From an uncultured virus (IMG/VR IMGVR_UViG_3300050508_000500) (Duplodnaviria > Heunggongvirae > Uroviricota > Caudoviricetes): DNA of 64,000 nucleotides. Below are positions 56,897 through 64,000 of this stretch, one piece after another; positions within the stretch are counted from its first letter, which is position 1, and every line of letters starts with the position of its first letter. Under the pieces are notes generated by a model. The model had not been told where the DNA came from, made no database searches, and was given only the letters and a program-made list of their open reading frames with translations. The stretch lies in the IMG/VR virus record IMGVR_UViG_3300050508_000500. The stretch is one strand, 5' to 3'. Position numbers and translations under genes: made by a program.

Positions 56897-57844
56897 TTAT
56901 ATGATCTCGCCCAGTGCCAGCCGTAATTGATCATTCGATCCTACGCGGTTTCCTTTGGCGTGATTACAGGGCCAGCAGAGCGTGTGGACGTTACTTTCAC
57001 ATTCAAGTCCGCCTTTCGTGAGGGGGAGAATATGGTCAATGGTGGCACGTGCGCTATGGCGAAGCGGCACGTTATCTCGCACCTTTTTCCAGCACGATTG
57101 GCAGCGCCAGCCATCTCTGGTAAAGATGTGTCGTCGCGTATAGCGCGTGCCTATGCTTGTCTTGATGCGTGCTGCCCGATGACGATAGGCGGCGGTCTGA
57201 TAGCACTCCTCTGAGCAATAAATTTGTGATCCAGTCGTCCGCAGGGCTTCCGTGCCGCAGATAGCACAGGCAAAGAGGGCACCAACAAATTGTGTTCGCC
57301 CTAATCGCTCACGTTTTGCTGTGCGCTCTCCTGCTCTTCGGCAGACGTCTGAGCAGTATTTTTGTCGCCAATTGCGCCCGCGCCTGCTCGTCTTGCCACA
57401 GGTATGACACGAGAAAAGTGAGCCGACGATTAGTACACGAGCATGTCGCATCCTGTCTCGGCGCACGTTGGCTATGGCATAACAGGTATCTGAGCAATAC
57501 TTCTGATGCGCTCCTGTGCGCGCGGTGCTTGTTCCGCAGACGACACAGGAGAAGATCGCGCCAATGCATCTCTCTTCTGCACTGCCTTTATAGCGTCGCG
57601 CATAGGCTTTTTCGTGGATCTTTTTGCATACCGCACAGTATTGCTGTGTCGCGCCTTTTCGCATCAAGTCGTTGCCACAGATGAGGCATTGCATGATGGC
57701 CCCGCGCATACGCGCTGGGATGACGCCTCTCTTGGTACGTCCCCAGCGCTCCTTCGCCGCTTTGCTACAAGCTGGTGAGCAGCGTAGTTGTCGGGGCCGG
57801 TTGGTGGGAAACCGCTGCCCACAGATATCGCACGCTACCTCCAT
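56897..57844 (-). CDS. HNH endonuclease with five tandem C4 Zn-ribbon repeats
   Basis: CxxCG...CxxxC-type units x5; RDGWRCQSC...TIDHILPLTKGG...NVHTLCWPCN. Confidence 0.88.
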   Translation of the reverse strand: MEVACDICGQRFPTNRPRQLRCSPACSKAAKERWGRTKRGVIPARMRGAIMQCLICGNDLMRKGATQQYCAVCKKIHEKAYARRYKGSAEERCIGAIFSCVVCGTSTARTGAHQKYCSDTCYAIANVRRDRMRHARVLIVGSLFSCHTCGKTSRRGRNWRQKYCSDVCRRAGERTAKRERLGRTQFVGALFACAICGTEALRTTGSQIYCSEECYQTAAYRHRAARIKTSIGTRYTRRHIFTRDGWRCQSCWKKVRDNVPLRHSARATIDHILPLTKGGLECESNVHTLCWPCNHAKGNRVGSNDQLRLALGEII

Positions 57845-57860
57845 TGGCTGTCTGCCCCTC

Positions 57861-58394
57861 CTAGGCGTTGAGGATAGTTGCCTCGGTCTTGTGGGCCTCA
57901 AGGCGAGCAAGGTCCGCGCCTTGCTGAAGATCTGCCAGCTTGGCTTCGGCCACTAACCCCAGGTGCCCATGAAGTTGCAGATTGGCTCGGTCGTGGTCAT
58001 ACAGGCGCGTGACCTCATCCGTGGCATCGCTCTGAAACCACACGCGCATCTGCTCGTCGCGGATCGCCTGGCCCTGGTCGCCCTTGTACGTCGCCCGATA
58101 GGTGATGCGGGGGCGCTGCGCGCGTTTGACCATCGCGGCGGCATAGCGATGTTTGCAGGCCGTCTCTGGATGCTGCACGGCATCGGGACAGTCGCACGTG
58201 CCGTGCGCGACCCGGTAGACCACCTCCGGGTCTGCCTGCGAGGTGACGACACAGGTGCTATCGGGGTTGACGTGGACATGGCCGTTCAGGGCGAGGAGGA
58301 GCGCTTTGGCGATGCGCTTCGTATCGGCAGGGTACTTGGTGCTGGCCCGCTCAGCCAGGGCGCGGAGGTCGGTGTCAAACTGGGTGATCGTCAT
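57861..58394 (-). CDS. SWIM Zn-finger protein
   Basis: VYRV...CDCPD...ACKH. Confidence 0.7.
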   Translation of the reverse strand: MTITQFDTDLRALAERASTKYPADTKRIAKALLLALNGHVHVNPDSTCVVTSQADPEVVYRVAHGTCDCPDAVQHPETACKHRYAAAMVKRAQRPRITYRATYKGDQGQAIRDEQMRVWFQSDATDEVTRLYDHDRANLQLHGHLGLVAEAKLADLQQGADLARLEAHKTEATILNA

Positions 58395-58418
58395 GGTCGT
58401 GTCTCCTTGGTGGTGCGG

Positions 58419-58613
58419 TTAGGGGAGAATGGTGATGGAGGTCGTCGCCCAGGCTTTGGCTTGGGCGATCGCGTCCCGGAGGTGCATGCGGAGATAGCGC
58501 GGGGCCGGATCGTCATCGATCTGGATGGCCCACAAAGCCGTCGGTGCGCCGCGGGGTTGCCGGGGCGTGTGGCCGTGGCAGACTTCGTACTGGCGCGTGT
58601 TTACGTGAATCAT
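58419..58613 (-). CDS. Small early hypothetical protein
   Basis: CCAAGGAGACACGA RBS region shared with the 58394 gene. Confidence 0.5.
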   Translation of the reverse strand: MIHVNTRQYEVCHGHTPRQPRGAPTALWAIQIDDDPAPRYLRMHLRDAIAQAKAWATTSITILP

Positions 58614-58761
58614 GGTTCGTGTCTCCTTGGTTGTTCGGGCTTGTGACCGTCCCGCACCGTGCGGGGCCGCATTCCGCCAGCGTGGGGCTGGCGCACTCTG
58701 CGTTATTCAGGGACATACACAGGCGTTACCGTGGGTCGTCTGGTCGTTTTCCGGGGTCGTC

Positions 58762-58971
58762 TCACACCTGCCTCCACCATTCCTGCATCCGGCGTGCATA
58801 CGCGGCATGCCAGGTGCGCACGGCGTCGGTGATCGCGTCCGCCACACCATCAGACGGATGCGCCCAGCGGTAGGCCTGGACCTCCTCCAGCACGGCCATA
58901 CAGGTCGTTGAATCGTTGTCGAGGGCCGTCAGGATGCGGGCAATGGTGGTGTCGAGGGTTGTGGTGGTCAT
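58762..58971 (-). CDS. Small early hypothetical protein
   Basis: AAGGAG RBS; first ORF after the leftward promoter. Confidence 0.5.
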   Translation of the reverse strand: MTTTTLDTTIARILTALDNDSTTCMAVLEEVQAYRWAHPSDGVADAITDAVRTWHAAYARRMQEWWRQV

Positions 58972-59234
58972 CGTCTCATTCTCCTTGGTGTTTCGTTGTT
59001 TCCAACTCGTCAGTGAGGCCCACAGCCTCAGACACCGTTGTCTCTCGTCGCCAGGATCGTCGCGTTCAATGCTCTCCTGGTGGGGCGTTTGTCTTCAGTA
59101 GCCTTCCGGGGGTCTGTTCCCGTTCTCGCCCTGGCTCTGTCTTTCCCTCCCCGGTTTCTTAAGTGCCGGCACACATGAGGTACTCAACTCTGTAGCGCCC
59201 ATCGCCTTGTCAATCAACCAACCAACTGATTACT

Positions 59235-59263
59235 AGTATAGCTGACTTCGCTTACATTGGCAA
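59235..59263 (-). promoter_or_regulatory. Sigma70-type leftward promoter
   Basis: TTGCCA-17 nt-TATACT. Confidence 0.65.
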
Positions 59264-59291
59264 GCAGAAAAGAGCAACAAAGAATTAAAAC

Positions 59292-59320
59292 TTGAAAATA
59301 ATTTCACTTTTTGGTATTCT
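59292..59320 (+). promoter_or_regulatory. Sigma70-type rightward promoter
   Basis: TTGAAA-17 nt-TATTCT with TGn extension. Confidence 0.65.
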
Positions 59321-59338
59321 TGATACAGGAGGTACGAC

Positions 59339-59554
59339 ATGGAGCGATTGCATATCTTTCAGGAGCGCCTGTTACTGGCGCGGCGGCGGGCCGATCTGAG
59401 CCAGGAAGCCCTTGCTGGAAAGGCGCAGGTCTTTAAGACGGATATTAGTAAGTATGAGCGTGGGACAGCGATGCCGAATCTGCCGCGCTTTGTGCGCTTG
59501 GCGTCGGCACTCAAGGTGAGTACCGATTATCTGCTTGGTTTGACGGAGGCGTAA
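59339..59554 (+). CDS. XRE-family HTH (Cro/CI-like)
   Basis: RLLLARRRADLSQEALA...ISKYERG...LASALKVSTDYLLG. Confidence 0.92.
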   Translation: MERLHIFQERLLLARRRADLSQEALAGKAQVFKTDISKYERGTAMPNLPRFVRLASALKVSTDYLLGLTEA

Positions 59555-59823
59555 CTGCGGCTTCCCGCCTCTTCCGCCTTCCTTTTTCGCTTGACATCCC
59601 CCCTCCGTCTCTCGCACACTAGTAGGGCGTATTTGATTCTGTTCTGTGGTATCCGCTTTGACCGTTGGTCTTGCGTTTGGCTTGGGCGCCACAGTGGCGA
59701 GGGGGCCTCAACCGCCCTCTTGGCTCGCGCACGTCGAGCACGCCCATCTCACCCCATCCCTACTCTCTCTCCTAGAGAGAAGAGACTTGCTCTTGGTGCG
59801 TCTATTCCCCGAGGAGGCGGTCG

Positions 59824-60162
59824 ATGGCGGAAAAGCCCGCGTGTCCGCACACCAACATTGAAGCCCAGGTCCAGGCCCGGCCCACGGCTATGCTCCCCCA
59901 GGGTCAGCGCTATCAGGTCCTCGTGCGCCTGCGCTGTGCCGCGTGTACCATCCCGCTGACGTTCGAACTGCCGCCGGGCTTTGTGGGCGATACGATGCAT
60001 GCCGCCACGATGAGCAGCGATGCCTATGAAGCGCGCCTCGGTGCGACGCTGAAGACGGTCGTGCCGACTGCAGACGTCGGCCCCTGGCTGGCGGTGACGG
60101 TGCTCCCGCAGGACGCCACGCCCGCGCCCACGACCCCGCTGCCGGTTCCGGCGCCGGTGTAG
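59824..60162 (+). CDS. Hypothetical protein
   Basis: GAGGAGG RBS; CPH...CAAC. Confidence 0.5.
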   Translation: MAEKPACPHTNIEAQVQARPTAMLPQGQRYQVLVRLRCAACTIPLTFELPPGFVGDTMHAATMSSDAYEARLGATLKTVVPTADVGPWLAVTVLPQDATPAPTTPLPVPAPV

Positions 60163-60166
60163 TGCG

Positions 60167-60598
60167 ATGGCGTTTGCTCACCGGCCTCCCCCAAAAGTTG
60201 CCTATGCGCAGCGTGCCAACCCGCCGCCTATCCCCTATTGGGAAAAATGTATCCTTGCCGCGTATCTTCGGATGATGGGCGCTACCCAGTTGGATGCAGC
60301 GCGTGCAGTGGGGCGGTCGATCCGCACTATTGCCACGTGGGAATCTCGCAAAGACCACTGGGCCTTGGCGCTTGCCGAAGCCCGCAAGCGCTGGCTGGTC
60401 GATCTCGAACATGCCTCCCGTGCGGCACTCCTGCGGACTATTAAAGACGGCAATGGGCTGCTCGCGCTCCAAGTCCTCGAACGGATCGACCCCGAGTTGG
60501 CTCCCGCGAAGCAACGTCTCGATGTGGAACTGAGTGACGGGCTGGCCAGCCTCCTGGCTCAAGCGCGAAAGGCTCCCAATGGCGACACTCCTCACTGA
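60167..60598 (+). CDS. terS: Terminase small subunit (putative)
   Basis: N-terminal HTH; overlaps terL start. Confidence 0.65.
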   Translation: MAFAHRPPPKVAYAQRANPPPIPYWEKCILAAYLRMMGATQLDAARAVGRSIRTIATWESRKDHWALALAEARKRWLVDLEHASRAALLRTIKDGNGLLALQVLERIDPELAPAKQRLDVELSDGLASLLAQARKAPNGDTPH

Positions 60599-62036
60599 CC
60601 TCGCGGAGCCCGCGTCGGCCTTCGAGCAGTATCTCGAACTGCGCGACCGCTGGCGCGAGAACCCCGTCCTCTATGTCCGCCAACGCTTTGGTATGGAGCC
60701 CACGCTGCAGCAGTCCCAGATTCTGGAGGCCATCCTCCCTCCCGGCGCGAAAGTCTCGGTGCGCTCTGGGCACGGCATTGGCAAAAGTTCGAGTGCCGCC
60801 TGGGCGGTGAGTTGGATGCTCGAAACCCACGACTATGCCAAAGTCCCCTGTTCGGCTCCTTCCTCGCATCAGCTCCGCGACATTTTGTGGGGCGAGCTCA
60901 GTAAGTGGCGTCGGCATGCGGATGCCCTCAGCGCCGCCCGTGGCGACCCGCCGCGCTTCTGGCTCTCGCGGCTTTTTAAGCTCCTCACGGATAGTCTCGT
61001 GGACCCCAGCGCGAAAGAATGGGGCGCGTTCGCCCGCACCGCTCGCAAGGAAAACCCCGAAGCCCTCCAGGGCTTTCATGCGACGCATCTGCTCTTCGTC
61101 CTTGATGAAGCCAGCGGCATGCCCGAAGAAGTGTTTGAGGCGGCGGAAGGGGCGCTCTCGACGCCCGAGGCCCGCGTCCTCATGTTGGGGAATCCCACCC
61201 GCACCAATGGCACGTTCTACGCCTCCCATCACAAGGACCGGGGCAGTTATACCACGCTGCACTTTCGCTCGCAGGATTCGCCGTTGGTGGATGCCTCCTA
61301 CCGCCCCCGCCTCGTGGCGAAGTGGGGCGAAGGCTCCAATGTGGTGCGCGTGCGCGCGGACGGCGAATTCCCGCGCCAAGCCGACGACGTGCTGATCTCC
61401 CTGGAGCTCACCGAGCCCTGTCTGACTCGTGAACGACGCGAGCCTGGTGGGGTGCGGCGGCTTGGCGTAGATGTGGCGCGACTGGGTTCAGATCGTACAG
61501 CGCTTGTCTTGCGGCATGGGAGTCTCATTGACCAGATCAAGGTCTATGCACGTCAGGACACCATGGCCACGGTCGGCTGTATTCTCGCGGTCTTGGAGCC
61601 CTGGCAGGTGGAAGAAGTCGCCATTGATGTCATTGGGTTGGGTGCAGGTGTCTATGATCGCCTTGCGGAGTTAAAACGTCAGGGCGTGATCCGTGTCGGC
61701 ATTACGGCGGTGAATGTGGCGGAGAAGGCTCCCGTCGTGCGTCATCCTGCGGAGGCGAAGCCACGTCTCCTCCGCGATTATCTCTGGCTGGAAGTGGCGG
61801 AGTGGCTGCGGACGGCCCAGCCGGTGTTTTGTGCACCGGCTGCGAACGCGTGCGAGGACCTCGCGGGGGAATTGGCGAGTGTGGGGTATGGGTTTGATAG
61901 CCAGGGACAACTCGTGGTTGAAGATAAAGACCATATCCGCAAGCGTCTCGGGCATTCGTGTGATCTTGCCGATGCACTCGGCTGTACGTTTGCGCCGCCG
62001 CCGCGTAGGAGTTTGGCGATGGAGTTGCATATATGA
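60579..62036 (+). CDS. terL: Terminase large subunit
   Basis: Walker A SGHGIGKS; FVLDEA; GNP; nuclease GVDVARLGSD, DLADAL. Confidence 0.95.
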   Translation: MATLLTDLAEPASAFEQYLELRDRWRENPVLYVRQRFGMEPTLQQSQILEAILPPGAKVSVRSGHGIGKSSSAAWAVSWMLETHDYAKVPCSAPSSHQLRDILWGELSKWRRHADALSAARGDPPRFWLSRLFKLLTDSLVDPSAKEWGAFARTARKENPEALQGFHATHLLFVLDEASGMPEEVFEAAEGALSTPEARVLMLGNPTRTNGTFYASHHKDRGSYTTLHFRSQDSPLVDASYRPRLVAKWGEGSNVVRVRADGEFPRQADDVLISLELTEPCLTRERREPGGVRRLGVDVARLGSDRTALVLRHGSLIDQIKVYARQDTMATVGCILAVLEPWQVEEVAIDVIGLGAGVYDRLAELKRQGVIRVGITAVNVAEKAPVVRHPAEAKPRLLRDYLWLEVAEWLRTAQPVFCAPAANACEDLAGELASVGYGFDSQGQLVVEDKDHIRKRLGHSCDLADALGCTFAPPPRRSLAMELHI

Positions 62037-63583
62037 GTGTCACGCTTCCGCATCCGGCGTATCGTGCCATGCTGCCGCTCTGGGCGATGCTGCGCGACGG
62101 CTACCTGGGCGAAGCCGCCGTCAAGTCGGCACAGCCCCTCGATGCCGTCCGCCGCAGTACGTCCACAGCGCGCAATGGGACGGCGTATCTGCCACGCCCA
62201 GCGGGGATGCGCCGCGATGAACAGTACGCCGCGTATCGGGATCGCCCCGCGTGGACGAGTGCCACAGAACACGCCGTGCATGGGATTACCGGCTCGGTAT
62301 TCCGCCACGAGCCGCAACTCGTAGGGCCTGCTGCCTTAGAGCCGCAACTGGCCGACATTACGCAGACCGGCATTTCGCTGCGCATGTTCTGTGAAGAGGC
62401 GGTGCGTGAGACCTTACTCATGGGGCGCTTCGGCATCCTGGTCGACTTCCCGACCGGTGACCTCACGCCCGATGGTCAGTTGCTCCCGCCGCCGCCGCAG
62501 AGTCGCCCGTACTGGGTGGCGTACCAGGCCGAGGAGATTATTAACTGGCGCACGATGCAGCGGGGGGGCGATACGATCCTGTCGCTCGTGGTGCTGCGGG
62601 AATGTGTGCAGGTCCCACAAGGCCCGTGGGGGACGCCCGACTTCTTTGTGGTCAAAGACCAGATTCAGTACCGCGTGCTGCGCTTGAATGAACGGGGGCT
62701 CTACGAGGTGAGCTTGTGGCTGGAAGATCCGATTGGCCAGCGTACCAATGCCCAGGCCGCAACGCTCCAGCGGGTGTGGATGCCGACCCGCCAGGGGCAA
62801 CCGCTCGACTTCCTCCCGTTCTGCTTCATGGCGCCGTTTTCGCTCGAGCCGACGCCCGAGAAGTCGCTCCTCGAAGGCTTAGTCCAAAGGAACTTTTTGA
62901 ACTGGCGCCACAGCGCGGACTACGAGCATGCCTTACACTTGACCGCCATGCCGCAGTTCTACATTGCCGCCAACATGGAAGCGCCCCCGGAGCTGTACGT
63001 GGGGGCCAGCTCGGCCCTCTTCCTGCCCGATAATCAAGCCAAGGTGGGGATCGTCGAGTTTCACGGGCAGGGCCTCCAGCCGCACGAGAACGCCCTCAAA
63101 GCCGATCTGCAAATGATGGCCGCGATGGGCGCGCGGCTCCTCGAAGGTCCACCGGAGACCCAGGAAACGGCCACGGGTGTGCAGTGGCGCATGGCGGGCA
63201 GCGATAGCCCCGTGCAGAGCCTCGTGAGCAGCGTCAGTCAAGGGCTCACGTGGGCACTGCAAGTGCACGCGTGGTGGCAGGGCCTCACTGAAAATGTGGA
63301 TGATCCGTCCGTGCATGTGGTCCTCAACAAGGACCTCGTATCGAATGTGATGCAACCGCAGATGCTCCTGGCCTTGATGCAAGCGTTGCTCAACGGTACT
63401 ATTTCGTACGAAACGTTCTATTTCTGTTTACAACGTGGGGAGATTGCAAGGCCACTTGTGCCTGTAGAGGAAGAACAGGCGCTGATTGAAGACGAGCAAG
63501 CCCAACGGCCGCTCGCCATGCTGCCTCCAGGACCAGGAACCCCACCACCGGGACGCAATGGGACGACGCGGCAGGTGGCTTAG
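62033..63583 (+). CDS. Portal protein (DUF4055-like)
   Basis: 516 aa after terL; HPAY, YLPRP, GRFGILVD, IINW, SADYEHALH. Confidence 0.85.
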   Translation: MSVTLPHPAYRAMLPLWAMLRDGYLGEAAVKSAQPLDAVRRSTSTARNGTAYLPRPAGMRRDEQYAAYRDRPAWTSATEHAVHGITGSVFRHEPQLVGPAALEPQLADITQTGISLRMFCEEAVRETLLMGRFGILVDFPTGDLTPDGQLLPPPPQSRPYWVAYQAEEIINWRTMQRGGDTILSLVVLRECVQVPQGPWGTPDFFVVKDQIQYRVLRLNERGLYEVSLWLEDPIGQRTNAQAATLQRVWMPTRQGQPLDFLPFCFMAPFSLEPTPEKSLLEGLVQRNFLNWRHSADYEHALHLTAMPQFYIAANMEAPPELYVGASSALFLPDNQAKVGIVEFHGQGLQPHENALKADLQMMAAMGARLLEGPPETQETATGVQWRMAGSDSPVQSLVSSVSQGLTWALQVHAWWQGLTENVDDPSVHVVLNKDLVSNVMQPQMLLALMQALLNGTISYETFYFCLQRGEIARPLVPVEEEQALIEDEQAQRPLAMLPPGPGTPPPGRNGTTRQVA

Positions 63584-63592
63584 GAGGGTGCG

Positions 63593-63784
63593 ATGGCCAA
63601 GAAGAAGGTATCCTTTAAGACGGGGACCAAGGCCCGAGCCGCTCGGGGTAAAGTCGCCGAACAACTGAAGCGTCGGGGGTTGCGGAAAGGGAATGCCTTT
63701 GCCCTGGCGACGTATATTGCCAAGCGTGCCGGTGCGGCCGGCCGCAAACGCCTTGCCCGTCGGGGCTTGCGCAAGCGAGGATAG
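63593..63784 (+). CDS. Small, extremely basic protein
   Basis: AGGAGG RBS; Lys/Arg-rich 63 aa. Confidence 0.6.
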   Translation: MAKKKVSFKTGTKARAARGKVAEQLKRRGLRKGNAFALATYIAKRAGAAGRKRLARRGLRKRG

Positions 63785-63787
63785 TCG

Positions 63788-63991
63788 ATGGCTGAGCACA
63801 CCACGGCGAACTTTGAGATCCTCCAGGAGGAAATCCGTCTGCGCATGCTCCAGGAAGACCGGGCCTATGCGTTGCAGCGGCTCCTCATGACCTTTCGCCC
63901 CCGGGCGGAATCACCCCGTTCTTATCGTCAACTCCTGGTGGACGTGCAGACGTGTGTTACCGAAGAATTGCAAACGTTAGGAGAGCCCTAG
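63788..63991 (+). CDS. Hypothetical protein
   Basis: Follows the previous gene by 3 nt. Confidence 0.4.
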   Translation: MAEHTTANFEILQEEIRLRMLQEDRAYALQRLLMTFRPRAESPRSYRQLLVDVQTCVTEELQTLGEP

Positions 63992-64000
63992 TGGAACCTT

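Noticed and set aside
58390..58990. Repeated GTGTCTCCTTGG motif as an operator or array
   Set aside because: Each copy is the reverse complement of an RBS directly before a start codon.

Overview
GC-rich window that reads as one circularly permuted tailed-phage (siphovirus-type) genome with no host housekeeping genes, rRNA, tRNA or CRISPR array that I can recognise. Order: tail module (tail tube, frameshifted chaperones, tape measure with SLT domain, Dit/gpL/NlpC/gpJ-like tip, S74 fibre; 0.8-16 kb); eight consecutive signal-peptide proteins including a LamG domain, a beta-helix and a GH9 glycosidase (16-24 kb); small membrane genes with no visible endolysin (25-26.5 kb); a P-type conjugation module (XRE regulator, TraF peptidase, VirD4/TraG, TrbC-D-E-J-L-F-G-I, TraD/MobC-like, MobA/MobL relaxase; 26.7-41.3 kb); a leftward early/replication arm (RecT, ori-like repeats, AAA helicase, repeat-expanded DNA methyltransferase, antirepressors; 42.5-59 kb); then XRE HTH, terminases and portal (59-64 kb). 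The headline is a candidate 'conjugative phage': virion genes, T4SS and relaxase on one molecule, with no integrase visible and no VirB11/TrbB. Shared paralogues and phage-type homing endonucleases inside the tra operon argue for long co-residence. All family calls are motif recognition by eye, not database searches, and a chimeric assembly or nested element cannot be excluded from sequence alone.
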